Source: an uncultured Chthonomonadaceae bacterium
Lineage (GTDB): Bacteria; Armatimonadota; Chthonomonadetes; Chthonomonadales; Chthonomonadaceae
Length of the DNA: 64,000 bases
Assembly: GCA_963817895.1 (NCBI GenBank)
Contig: CAWFQB010000014.1
Location: 160,001 to 224,000 of the forward strand
Reading direction: 5' to 3'
Shown piece by piece: positions 28,434-39,454 of the stretch. How positions within the stretch are numbered: position 1 is the stretch's first letter; every line of letters starts with the position of its first letter. The notes below the pieces were generated by a model, which saw only the letters and a program-made list of their open reading frames with translations, made no database searches and was not told the DNA's origin. The position numbers were made by a program, and so were the translations under genes.

Positions 28434-29772
28434 ATGACAGAGCGAGTAGCGGCACACGTTTGAAACAGGCTGGGGCGTTGGCATTGACTTTCGGGGTTGA
28501 TTGTGGCGGCACTGGGGACACGAGCGAACGCGCAGGAGAAAAAAACGTCCGCATGGCCGCCGCGAACGTTTCCGATTTCAGGATGGTGCAGCCCGCCGGA
28601 TGCGTTTATCACGGTTGAGCAGTATCGCCTGATGGCGGATGCGGGCCTGAATGTGGTCATGCCGCCGTGTGAGGGAGCGGCAAGCGTGGAGCGCAACCTC
28701 AAGATACTGGACACGGCAAAAGCGGCGGGTTTGAAAGCGATGATTGCCGATGCGCGGATGCCTCTGTCGCTGTCGGGCAATCCCACCGGTAAAGCCAGCC
28801 TGGACGCGATTGTGAAAGACTACAAGAAGCATCCCGCGCTGTTGGGGTATTTTCTTACGGACGAACCGGGCGCGGGCGGTTTCGTCGGATTGGGAGAAGT
28901 CGTCGCGTACCTGAAAGAGATAGACCCGGAACACGTAGCGTATATCAACCTGCTGCCGAATTACGCTACCAGCAATCAGCAGGCGGCGTCCAGCCAATTG
29001 GGAACAGATACCTATGATCAGTATCTGGACAAGTTTCTTCAAACGGTCAAGCCGGATGTGCTGAGTTACGACCATTACCATTTTCTTAAAGGTTCGGACC
29101 GTCCGGGCTTTATTGCCAATTTAGCCAGCGCGCAGCAGGCGACGGCAACCGGTTCGCCGTTTCAGCGCGCCACACCGTTCTGGCAAATCGTGCTTTCCGT
29201 AGAACACGGCCCGTACCGGATGTTGAATGAGAATGAACTGCGCTATGAAGCCATGCAGACACTGGTGTTTGGAGGGCAAGGGATTGGTTTATTTCACGTA
29301 CTGGCAGCCCAATGATCCCTCTTTTGTCTGGAAGAACTCAATCCTGAATCGGGATGGCACACCCGGCGCGTTGTACGAACCGGTTAAAAAAGTGAATCGC
29401 GAAGTCAAAGAACTGGCAAAGTGGCTGTATGGCGCAAGTTCGATGAAAGACCTATCTGACGGGTGAGGGCGCGAACGAGGGCACAGTATTCGGCAACGAG
29501 GTTCCTGTTCGTATCGCCGGTGAGGGAAACTTGAGCATCGGGCATGTTTCGGGACAGCAAAGGCTACATATACATGCTGTTCACGAACCGGGACTACGCA
29601 AAAGCCGTGACAACGAAAGCCATACTCAACGTGCTACAGCATCCGACAGAAATGCTCAACCTCGAAACAGGCAAATGGAAACTGCTCACTCAAGCCGCAC
29701 TCAAACGACGGAGAAATCACCTTTGATGTCGCGCTGCCTCCGGCGGGCGCGATGCTGGTCAGGTGGAAATAG
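28434..29772 (+). CDS. Exported glycoside hydrolase-like TIM-barrel protein (several frameshifts)
   Basis: 'HPALLGYFLTDEP', 'YINLLPNY', 'LSYDHY', 'KGLVYFTYW', pieced together from ORFs 28497, 29227 and 29544. Confidence 0.65.
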
Positions 29773-29774
29773 GA

Positions 29775-29910
29775 TGTTAAGGTTTTAGGGTTCTATGTTT
29801 TTAGGGCTTTAGGTGAGTTAGTTGTAACGTTCAAACAGTAGTGGAACATCGTTATAACTACCAGCCAAGTTGAAATCATAGAACCCTAACACCCTAAAAC
29901 CCTAATCACC
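29775..29910. repeat. Inverted-repeat element made of TTTTAGGG/CCCTAAAA-like octamers
   Basis: Perfect 13-bp IR ttagggttctatg (29785-97) / catagaaccctaa (29877-89), flanked by more octamer units. Confidence 0.75.
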
Positions 29911-30832
29911 TACTTCCCAACCATTGAGCGCAGGGCGAACATCAGGTTGGCGGGGCGTTCGGCCATGCGGCGCATCATGTAGGGATACCAGTGGGTGCCG
30001 AAGGGCGTGTAGACGCGAACATTATAGCCGTCGCGCCGCAATTGAACCTGAACATCGCGGCGGACTCCGTACAGCATCTGGAACTCGTAACGCGAAGTGG
30101 GAATGTTGTTGGTTTCCGCGTAGGCTTGCGTGGCATCGATCATGCGGCTGTCGTGGGTGGCGATACCGGGATAGTTGCCGTGTTTGAGTAGCCGTTGCAT
30201 CAGGCGGATAAAGTTATTGTCCACTTCCTCTTTGTCCTGAAAGGCGACTGTAGGCGGTTCCTGATACGCGCCCTTGCACAGCCGAACGCGAACGCCGGAC
30301 GCGATGAGTTTTTCAATGTCGTCCGCGCTGCGATGCAGATAGGATTGAATGACGACGCCGACGTTTTTATGCGGTTCCGGCCCTTCCCATAGTTTGTAGA
30401 ACAGGTCGAGCGTCCGCTGCGTGTAATCGGAACCCTCCATGTCAATGCGGACGAACTGTTCCGGGCCGGCGGCGTTGAGCAGGCGCAGCATGTTGCGATA
30501 ACAGAGGTCCGGGTTTATGTCCAATCCGACAGAGGTGAGTTTGATGCTGACGTTGGCATCCAGTTTCTCCTGCTGAATGTGCTGAAACAGGCGCAGATAG
30601 GTGTCAATAACAGCGTTGACTTCCTGTTCCGTTGTCACGCTTTCGCCCAAGAAAGTCGAGCGAAGCGGTCAGTCCGAGACGATTCAGAACGCGCACGGGT
30701 TCAGTGATCTGCGCAAGGGTTTCCCCGGCGATAAAGCGTTTTGCCACATTCTGCCGCCTGCGGGTTGTGACGGGCAAAAGATTCGACGGATTTGTTGTTT
30801 GCCATTTGCAGCAAAACCGAACGCGCAATCAT
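29910..30832 (-). CDS. Monofunctional proline dehydrogenase (N-terminus frameshifted)
   Basis: 'RFIAGE', 'SIKLT', 'VRIDME', 'VIQSYL', 'RLCKGAY', 'IATHD', 'EFQMLYG', 'RRMAERPAN'. Confidence 0.92.
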
Positions 30833-30932
30833 TAGTCAGCCTCCAAAAATGATACAAACAGTTGCAACCTGAATATTGGTACGCATTTCGAGAGGGAACA
30901 GGTTGCCGTATAAATAGCGAGGACGGAATAGT

Positions 30933-32027
30933 ATGATTTCAATCTATGATTTGGATACGCCTACGCTGCTGGTTGATTTGGATCGGCTGGAAGCGAATAT
31001 TGGGGATATGGCGACAGGCGGCGCAGGCTGGGCGGGAAGGGTTTGCGTCCGCACACAAAAACGCACAAGACGCCGGAAATTGCGCGGATGCAGTTGGCGG
31101 CGGGGGCGACTGGCATAACGGTCGCAAAATTGGGTGAGGCGGAAGTGTATGTGGATGCAGGGATCGACGACATTTTTGTTGCCAATGATCTGGTTGGGGA
31201 AGCGAAATACGCGCGATTGATTCCCTTGACGCGCCGCGCCCGAATTGTGGTGGGAATGGACAGTCTGGACGTGGCGCGACCTCTAGCGGCGGCGATGGAA
31301 AAAGCGGGGGTAACGTCTGGCGGTACGGATTGAAGTGGATTCGGGGCATGGACGCGCTGGAGTGGAAACAACGGAGGAAGCCTGCGAATTGGCGCGGTTT
31401 ATTGCGGACGCGCCCGGATTGGAATTGCAGGGAATATTTACGCATGAGGGGCATGTGTACGGCGCTACTGATTCGGACGAGCGCGGTCAGCGTTCGCGCA
31501 ATGCGGCGGCGCGGATGCGGGAAGTATCGGAAGCCTTGCGGATGCAGGGAACTCCGGTTATGGACATCAGCATGGGTTCTACGCCGGGAGCGATGTATCT
31601 GCCCGATGCGGTGGGCATCACGGAGATGCGTCCGGGCGTGTACGTGTTCAATGACCGGATGCAGGCCCGTTACGGGGCGAAACCGGAGCGGTGCGCCTTG
31701 ACCGTGTTGGCGACAGTGGTAAGCGCAAGAGCGGGCGGGCGGATCGTAATTGACGCGGGGAGCAAATCGCTGTCGAGTGATCGCCTGTCTGCGGATGGCG
31801 CGTTCGGGGAAGTCATGGAGCATCCTGAACTGACGTTTGTGGGCGCGAGCGAGGAGCATGGGCAACTGAACTGCGAGGGAGAGAACAGGCTGCGCGTGGG
31901 GGACAAACTGCGGATAATTCCGAACCATGCGTGTACCTGCGTGAACATGCACGATACCATGACGGCGTTTCGGGGTGAGCATGTCGAGGCCGTATGGAAT
32001 ATCGCGGCGCGGGGCAAAGTGCGTTGA
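30933..32027 (+). CDS. PLP fold-III enzyme, D-threonine aldolase/D-serine dehydratase (DSD1) family (frameshifted)
   Basis: 'LDTPTLLVDLDRLEANI', 'RPHTKTHK', 'EMRPGVYVFND', 'DAGSKS', 'SEEHG', 'PNHACTCVN'. Confidence 0.9.
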
Positions 32028-32077
32028 CCTCACCCCCCGCCCCTCTCCTTGCCGCGCAACGCGCCAGGAGAGGGGAG
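32027..32077 (+). repeat. REP-like hairpin repeat (same family as 5952)
   Basis: acctcaccccccgcccctctccttgccgcgcaacgcgccaggagaggggag. Confidence 0.88.
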
Positions 32078-32164
32078 CCAATGCGTCTTATGGCGCAACT
32101 TGTTTTACATCGGTTCTGTCTGTTATTAGCGAACGATTTAATTTGATGAGGAGAATAGCGGTTT

Positions 32165-33929
32165 ATGAAGGCGTCTCAATTGTTTATACCGACCCTGCGC
32201 GACGTTCCCAAAGACGCGGAACTGAAAAGCCACCAACTACTGCTGCGGGGCGGGTTTGTGCGGAATGTGGCGGCAGGCGTGTATTCGTATCTGCCGCTTG
32301 GCTGGCGGGTGCATGAGAAGATTTCGCAGATCGTGCGCGAGGAGATCAATGCGTTCGGCGGGCAGGAGATACACATGCCCGTGCTGGTTCCGAAAGAACT
32401 GCTGGATGAGACGGGACGGTCTGCCGTGCCCGTTTTATTTGCCCTGAAGGACAAGAACAAGCGCGATTTCTTTCTCGGCTTTACGCATGAGGAGGTGGTG
32501 ACGGATATAGCGCGGGGCACGATCAGTTCGTGGAAGCACATGCCGCTGTATCTGTACCAAATTCAGACCAAAGAGCGGGACGAACCCCGTCCGCGCGGCG
32601 GGCTGATACGCGGACGCGAATTTACCATGTTCGACGGCTACTCTTTCGACAGCAGCGATGAGAACCTGAGCGTGATTTATCGCGCCAACTATCGCGCTTA
32701 TGAGCGTATTTTTCAGCGGTGCGGGCTGGAGTATCTGGCGGTAGAAGCCGATCCCGGCGCGATTGGCGGCAGCGAAAACCACGAGTTTATGGTGCTGACG
32801 GAGAGCGGCGAAGATACCGTTCTGCGCTGCGATACGTGTACCTATGCGGCAAATGCGGAGCGGGCGGAAGTACCGGAGGAAGGGAACAGGGAACAGGGAA
32901 CAGGGAACAGGGAGGAAAGTCAATCGTCAATCGCCAATCGTCAATCGTCAGTTGTCCAACTCCGGGCGCGCATACGGTGGAGCAGGTGGCGGCGTTTTTG
33001 AGGGTGGACGCGACGCTGATTTTGAAGACGATTATCGCGGTTGCGGATGGCAAGCCGGTTGCGGCGCTGGTGCGGGGCGACCGGGAATTGAATTTGCCTA
33101 AGTTCGCGCGGTTTGTGGGCGCGAAGGATGTGGAACTGGCGGATGCGGCGACGGTGGTGCGGGTGACGGGCGCGCCGGTCGGGTTCGCGGGGCCGGTTGA
33201 TCTGGCGGAAGCGGTTCCGATTTATGTGGACAACGAAGTGGCGGATGGCGAGAACTATGTGGTGGGCGCAAATCAGGCGGACGCGCACCGAACCGGCGTT
33301 GCGCCGGGAGCGCATTTTGCCATTACGAAGCAGGGGGATATACGCACGGCGGTAGCGGGGGACAAATGCCCGCGCTGTGAGGGCGGGCATCTGACGGACG
33401 CGCGGGGGATTGAGGTCGGGCATATCTTCAAACTTGGGCACGAAGTACAGCAAAGATATGAACGCGCTTTTCCAGAACGAAGCCGGGGAAAAGCATCCGC
33501 TGATTATGGGATGTTACGGGCTGGGCGTGAGCCGGACGATGGCGGCGGCAATCGAAGCGCATAACGATGAGAACGGCATGGTGTGGCCTATCAATATCGC
33601 GCCGTTTGAAGTGGCGATAGTGGTTGCGAATGTGAAGGACGAGCAGCAAATCGGGGCGGCGCGCGACTTGTACAGCGGCCTGAAAGGGCAGGGGATTGAC
33701 GTCCTGCTGGACGACCGGGAGGAGCGCGTCGGCGTCAAGTTCAAGGACATGGACTTGATCGGCGTCCCGATTCAGGTGGTGGTGGGCAAAGGATTGGCGG
33801 ACGGCACGAGTAGAGGTTGGCCTGCGGCGCAACAAGGCTACGCGGGAAAGCGTAAGCGTTACGAATGCGCAGGCTACGATAGTCAATCTGGTTGCGGAGG
33901 AGAAAGCGCGTCTGCGTCCCACGGAGTAG
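32165..33929 (+). CDS. proS: Proline--tRNA ligase with editing insertion (apparent frameshifts near 32955, 33435 and 33810)
   Basis: 'SHQLLLRGG', 'THEEVVTD', 'RDEPRPRGGLIRGREF', 'GPV', 'GIEVGHIFKLG', 'MGCYGLGVSR', 'GVKFKDMDLIG'. Confidence 0.96.
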
Positions 33930-33948
33930 AAGTCCATCAAGATAGAGG

Positions 33949-34029
33949 GTAGGGGCGCTGCTTGCCGCGCCCTCTGCAAACGGTAGCCGCGACTTGCTTT
34001 CAGGAGGGTTCAGCGAGCAGAACCCCTAC
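33949..34029. repeat. GTAG-type REP doublet
   Basis: gtaggggcgctgcttgccgcgccct (33949-73) facing agggttcagcgagcagaacccctac (34005-29). Confidence 0.75.
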
Positions 34030-34059
34030 AAGTTACCCTTATGTTCTACCTTGAAGGAG

Positions 34060-34196
34060 TATAAGGAAGCGGATAAAGCGAAAAAGTGTGATGAATGCGG
34101 GCCGCGTCGCGGCCCGCGATTTTTTGAGGGGGCGTACGCCCCCTCAAAAAATCAATTTGATACGTGTCTTGGCACACTTATATTATCGGACGTTTC
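34060..34196. other. Structured non-coding element, copy A (candidate ncRNA or DNA site)
   Basis: TATAAGG; palindrome 34097-34117; 36-bp perfect palindrome 34118-34153; short hairpin; ATTATCGGACGTTTC 34182-34196. Confidence 0.7.
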
Positions 34197-34356
34197 AAGT
34201 GAGGAAGTTTCACGATTTCGATGATGCCCCCTATATTGATTTAACCTGCTTATGTTTTTAACGGATTTTTTAGCCTGACCAACGGACAACACTTTGTACT
34301 CGCAAACCGGCGCAACGCCTTACTGAGACAATCATTAGAGTTTGGCGGTGGCAGGT

Positions 34357-36210
34357 TTACTTTGTATACGTCGGCATCCGCATTGGAGTGTACCAGTTCC
34401 AGATAGAGAGGGGACTGGACCGTTTCACTGAGCAGGGGATTGAAGGATAATCGGGATTGGATTGATAGTGTTTTTGTGAAAACATCAGATATTGTACGCG
34501 CATTTCAGTCAGCATGTTTATGCGGAACTCATCAGGCATATCGGGTCTCGAAAACCGGATCAATTTCTGTAATTTGTCCCCATAGTCGGGAGTTTCGCCC
34601 CAGTGTCCGCAATACACATGACGATGGGTTAAGCCGGGCGCAAAACAGGCGGGCGTTATATCGAGCAGGCTCAATTTTCTTCTGCCGTAAGTCCGACCCA
34701 GGGTAACGGCTGTATTGCCGCATCTTGCGGGCGTATTAATTTCTATCCAGCGCAACGCTTCCAATTCTCCGGGATTCAGATAAGCGCGTTGCCCGGACTG
34801 AACGCGGTTGTCCTGATAATTGGTGATTTCACGGGTAATAAAGCGAAAGTTCGTCAGGGCAAGCACAATCAGTAGGACGGCGGCTGCGAAATTCACGCTG
34901 CGAATGGCGCGGCGTACAGCCGGGTGCATCAACAGCAACGCGAGGCCGCAACCCGCGAGAATGGCAATGGGAAAATGCGCCCCCTGCAGCATTTTGCGCT
35001 GAAAGGGGAATTTGGAAACCGGCAGATACGATACCAGAATGTTGATGACAGCCCACGTACGTCAGCAGATGCAGGGCGGCCTTACTTGTGAACAGAGTTT
35101 GTCCAATATTAGTGAGTTGATGGTTCTCATCTGTCGTGCTTTCATCAGCAGAGTTTGATTTCGGTAACTTCTTGCTTTCGACTGGCGAGGAGAACGCCAT
35201 AAACCGCAAGGCAAGCGTTAGGCCATATCCAAGCAGTACCCAAACCGGCAGAGCGGAACCAGTAACGACATTGGCGCGTTTGAGAAAGGTGGCTTCGGTT
35301 TGCAGTTGATGGTAGATGTATGCGACAGCCGGGAGCGGTACAATCCGGCAACAAGGGCTTGCAGCAACGCTTGCTTTACATGTTCCGGTGTAAGGCGGTG
35401 TTCCTGATTTGGGGTACTGCTGTTTTGGCTGAGAGCATCGTACAATGACGACACCGAGGTAGACGACCCACACTGCGCTGACGCTGAGGATGTCGTAGGT
35501 ATGGATCAAGCCAAGAATGAAACCGCATAAGCCTGCGGCAAGGGCATAGCGCAACCGTTGGGTTTGTTCGCCTTTGAACAGCAGCAGCAGGATGCCGACT
35601 TGCAGGGCAAGTGAAACGCAAAATAGCGGGCTGAGAAGCAGAGACAGAAACGTAATTGCTTCCGGCTGCCAGAGATCAATCGGGCCGGCAGGGCAGGTCG
35701 GCGCGGTGGGGAACGCTTCCCAGGAGAACGGAAGCCATCCCAAGCCGGACGCGAAAGCACACGCAAAGCAGGGCAAGGCGACGCGCGAACGGATCGGCAA
35801 CCGTGGCTTTGAGAAACCCCCAAACGATAATGAGCAAGCCCGCGCCACATGCCAGCCTTGCGAAGATGGTACACGGCAATCAGGGGCAGATGCGTCAGCC
35901 TCCCAATCCAGCCAAGCGCGAGAAAGAACGGGTTCAGCAACATTCCCTTTTGTGGGTCGGTTGTGAACAGGTTCAGGGCGCGGAGAGAACCGTCTGCCGC
36001 CTGCCGCATCCATGACAGGTACACGCAGCTATCGTCGAGATTGTAGCCCAGCCACATGAACACGCGCTCCTGCGCGCCCATCCACCCGATGAGGTAGGGG
36101 AGCATAGTGACGAGCATTGTGAACAGGGCAACAAGCAGCATCCAGCGCCGTTCAGAAGAAGGGTGTCGGGTGTCAGGTGTCGGGTGTCGGGTGTCAGGGG
36201 TTTCGGTCAT
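34357..36210 (-). CDS. Polytopic membrane protein, putative GT-C glycosyltransferase-like (several frameshifts)
   Basis: 'TMLPYLIGW...YNLDDSCVYLSWMRQA...NLFTTDP', 'DLWQPEA', 'LIHTYD', C-terminal 'VYCGHWGETP'. Confidence 0.6.
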
Positions 36211-36248
36211 AGCGAATCAGGATAGCGATTGGGAGATGTTCTGAGTTA

Positions 36249-37374
36249 TTACGATTGTATAGCAGCAGCGACAAGGGCGCGACATTCGGAATCAAAGCGT
36301 TCGATTTCGGACTTGCCGCTCAGTACGCCTATTTCCAGATCGTAGTGGCGTTGTTCGCCGGGAGCCAAAACCTGGAGCGTACCGGCTGCGCGTTCCGCCG
36401 CGCGGCCCAGTACCGAGCAGTTGGCGGGTTCCATGCCAACCACGTAGGTTCCCGAATCCAGCATTTTCCATTCAGTGAAGCGCGGCAGTTGGGCGGGGGA
36501 GTAGGCGCAATACACGCCGAAACCGGGGCCATCGCTGCCGCCGCTGTCCGTCTCGTCATCCACAATCGCGGTTGTAACCTGTCCCTTCGCATCGGGCGCG
36601 AGCGTATGAAAGTACACTTTTTCGCGGAAACCGGCTTGGGGCGGCTGTAAAGTTGGCGTAACGCTCTTTTCCCTCTTCGGCATCCGCATCGCGGGGTTGG
36701 GCGGCAAGGGTGGGGGCGATCAGGCGGGCCGAGTCGCTGACGGCGGGAAAGCCGATGTTGATATGGTACAGCATCATGTGTTCGGACGGTTTCGCGCCCA
36801 TATTTTCAACGGTATCGCGCAGAAACAAACGCTTTTCGCCCAACTTCGCTGTTATTACGCGCGTCAATTGCAAATTCTCGCCGAATACGGTGGCTTCCCG
36901 CACTTTGCCTGAAATAGTGAACAGGTATTCGTCTCCCTCCCAATGCCCTTCCCAGGCGACATTGGTGGCGGGAAGGTTGCTGATGCGGCCATGCAGTCCG
37001 TATTGCTGCCCCTGATCTTCGCCATTCGCGCCCGCATAAGTCAGACCGCACGTTACCACAAGGCCGCCATAAAAGCCGCGCAGCCATCCTCGCCCATTTT
37101 CGCCTTCGTGGTCGAAATACGCGGGGTGCGTGTCCGTTGTGGCGGAACGCCAGGCAAGCGAACGCCCATTGTAATTGGCGGAGGATATGTCCATTCCGCG
37201 TGACGCTAAAACGGTAAAATCCAGTCCGCTTCCAGTAGTCACATCAAGGGCAAAGACACCATCTTCCAGCCCCTCGATGAGACGATAAGGCTTGACGCGG
37301 GCAATCTGGCTGATGTCGCCAACTCTGGCAAGCAGTTCCGCCCTCGAATAGTTTTTGCCGTAAACGTATGCCAT
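36249..37374 (-). CDS. Aldose 1-epimerase-like protein (DUF4432) (apparent frameshift near 36650)
   Basis: 'RGMDISSA', 'GGLVVTCGL', 'GLHGRISNLPA', 'LYHINIGFP', 'YVVGMEP'. Confidence 0.85.
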
Positions 37375-37602
37375 GAAAGCTCCTCTTCCAGTTCAGTTGA
37401 GATGTTGATGCTATAGGAATTGCACATGTATCATCTGTTTTCCTGCGCGGTTGCGCGGTTGCGCCATTTGTTTGCGCTGCAAACTTCTTTTCCTCATGTC
37501 ACACGGGTGAGTGGTAGTCGTACATGCAATTGGAATACGGAAAATTCCGCGTTGGTGGGAAGCAGGGTGTAAACACGTAAACATCAGAAAAAACGATGTT
37601 TG

Positions 37603-37628
37603 GGAACATCAGCAGGCGTTCAATCGTC
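37603..37628 (+). promoter_or_regulatory. Possible ECF sigma promoter
   Basis: GGAAC-17-CGTC about 120 bp upstream of ATG 37747. Confidence 0.35.
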
Positions 37629-37746
37629 CTGTATTCGATCTATTCCGCCAATGTTTAGCAGTTTAATATCGGAGTTGTGTCGGGATTATTCCCCGGCAAC
37701 AGTGAGCCTGTCTCGTGATGGACAATACGCTTACGGAGAAAGAACA

Positions 37747-39090
37747 ATGAAACACAATAGAATACGCAGCAAAGCTTTCGGATTGGCGACATTGAGCGCG
37801 ATGCTGTCATGGGCTGCGATTATGGGCGCATCGGCGCAGACGCGAACGGCTTCACTGGACGCCGGGGCTGTGCTTCCGGTGAAGCTGGATGATGCGCTGA
37901 GTTCCAACAATTCCCGCAAAGGCGATACGTTTACCGCTACCATTCGCAACGACGCGGATACGGAATATTACCGGCTGCCGACAGGAACGCGGGTGGAGGG
38001 CGTTGTTCGTGACGCGCGTCCGAAGCAGGACAAAGACCCCGGTGTGCTTGACCTGGAGTTCCGTCGCTTGCGCTTCCCGGATGGCAAGTCGTATGCCATC
38101 GAGGGTTCGCTCATCGGGCTGGACAGCAAGAGCGTGGAGAAACGTTCGGATGGCCGACTGGTCGCCAAGCCCGGACACACGAATGATCGCCTGACATACG
38201 TGGGCTATGGCGCGGGAGCCGGGTTGATCGTCGGGCTGCTGACCAAACACGGAATTGAAGATACGGTCATTGGCGGTGGATTGGGCTATCTATTCGGTTC
38301 ACTGCAAAAGGGCGGCAATAACACCCCCAACAATGTGTCGCTGAAGCAGGGAACGGAACTTGGCGTCCGGCTGGATCATCAGGTGACGCTGGCGAATTAC
38401 GGCAGTCAGGACGATTACAACAACTACCGCAATCGCAACGGTGGTACGCAGAACGGGACAGATGCGACCGGAAATCGGGCCGATGATGCCCGTTACCACC
38501 GCGCAAACGACGGTACGGATACCAATTCGCGCTACCGTCAGGATGACAACAATCGTCAGGGCGATAACAGCAATCGCGCGGACAACCGCCGCCTGAATGA
38601 CAATCGTTCGGATCAGGAGAGGCGTGACGACAACTCGAATTCGGATCAGCGCAACACCAACCGGGATCGAACCAATGCCAATGGCATAGGCATGATGATT
38701 GGGGATCGGGATGTGACCTTCGCCTCAACGGCCCGCCCGTTCATGTCGCATGGCATTGTGATGCTGCCGTTACGATCCGTTTTGGACGCGGCGCATATTC
38801 CGTTTACCTACGATGCGCCCAATCAGCAGGTTCGGGCATCGGGGGATGGTGGCCGTGTTCGCCTCGCGCTGAATAGTTCCATTGCCGTTGTAGATGGCAG
38901 TCGGCGGGTAGACTTGGGCGCGACTGCGCAGCGTTTGAACGGAACCCTGTACGTGCCGATGCGGTTTTTCAATGTGTTGACGGGAAGGGAAATCACTTAT
39001 GATTTGAGCAGTCGGACGGTGATTATGAACCAGCGCGACAATCGTGATGACAACCGCAGAGATGAGAACCGGAACGACAACTCACGCTGA
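37747..39090 (+). CDS. Exported protein: VirB10-like beta domain, glycine zipper, N/D/R-rich linker and copper amine oxidase N-terminal (stalk) domain
   Basis: Signal peptide; 'VKLDDALSS...GDTFTA...GTRVEGVV'; 'GAGAGLIVG...GGGLG'; 'MLPLRSV...LNGTLYVPMRF'. Confidence 0.75.
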   Translation: MKHNRIRSKAFGLATLSAMLSWAAIMGASAQTRTASLDAGAVLPVKLDDALSSNNSRKGDTFTATIRNDADTEYYRLPTGTRVEGVVRDARPKQDKDPGVLDLEFRRLRFPDGKSYAIEGSLIGLDSKSVEKRSDGRLVAKPGHTNDRLTYVGYGAGAGLIVGLLTKHGIEDTVIGGGLGYLFGSLQKGGNNTPNNVSLKQGTELGVRLDHQVTLANYGSQDDYNNYRNRNGGTQNGTDATGNRADDARYHRANDGTDTNSRYRQDDNNRQGDNSNRADNRRLNDNRSDQERRDDNSNSDQRNTNRDRTNANGIGMMIGDRDVTFASTARPFMSHGIVMLPLRSVLDAAHIPFTYDAPNQQVRASGDGGRVRLALNSSIAVVDGSRRVDLGATAQRLNGTLYVPMRFFNVLTGREITYDLSSRTVIMNQRDNRDDNRRDENRNDNSR

Positions 39091-39130
39091 TTTTGCTCAG
39101 TGCCTACTCAGTGAAGGCTGATTTGAAGCC

Positions 39131-39168
39131 GCAGGAAGACGGAACAAAATTTTGTTCCGTCTTCCTGC
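39131..39168. terminator. Terminator-like palindrome
   Basis: Long stem gcaggaagacggaacaaa/tttgttccgtcttcctgc. Confidence 0.7.
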
Positions 39169-39178
39169 TGTTCAGGTC

Positions 39179-39207
39179 TTGCAAAGTCGCTTGGAATGGT
39201 GTATACT
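39179..39207 (+). promoter_or_regulatory. Sigma70-type promoter for tRNA-Ala
   Basis: TTGCAA-17-TATACT. Confidence 0.7.
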
Positions 39208-39257
39208 ATTTAACATCGTTCCCAAGACGATGTAATGTGTACAGCAAAGGCATAAAC

Positions 39258-39330
39258 GGGGCTGTAGCTCAGTTGGGAGAGCGCTTCAATGGCATTGAAG
39301 AGGTCAGGAGTTCGAGCCTCCTCCGCTCCA
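39258..39330 (+). tRNA. tRNA-Ala (anticodon GGC), CCA not encoded
   Basis: ggggctgtagctcagttgggagagcgcttca-atggcat-tgaagaggtcaggagttcgagcctcctccgctcca; G3:U70 is present. Confidence 0.95.
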
Positions 39331-39336
39331 TTATAG

Positions 39337-39366
39337 AAGGCGCAGCGTTTAATCGCTGCGCCTTTT
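39337..39366 (+). terminator. Intrinsic terminator after tRNA-Ala
   Basis: aaggcgcagcg-tttaat-cgctgcgcctttt. Confidence 0.8.
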
Positions 39367-39454
39367 GGCATTGTCAGGCATGTTAGTCAATCGGGTGTTC
39401 AGACTGCGCGGCAGCCTATTGTCAGGGCTATGATAGCAGCGGAAAAGTGGGCGC

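Noticed and set aside
30939..32081. Long antisense ORFs (e.g. 30939..32081, 17651..18424, 43195..43986)
   Set aside because: Shadows of GC-rich genes on the opposite strand with no recognisable motifs.
32882..32960. Phase variation of proS by heptamer slippage
   Set aside because: One extra heptamer would restore the frame, but so would one missing C just after the repeats (giving VVPTPGAHT). The gene is essential and has other indels.
33994..34224. 76-aa ORF across structured element A
   Set aside because: TTG start inside a REP doublet, no RBS, and no equivalent ORF in copy B.
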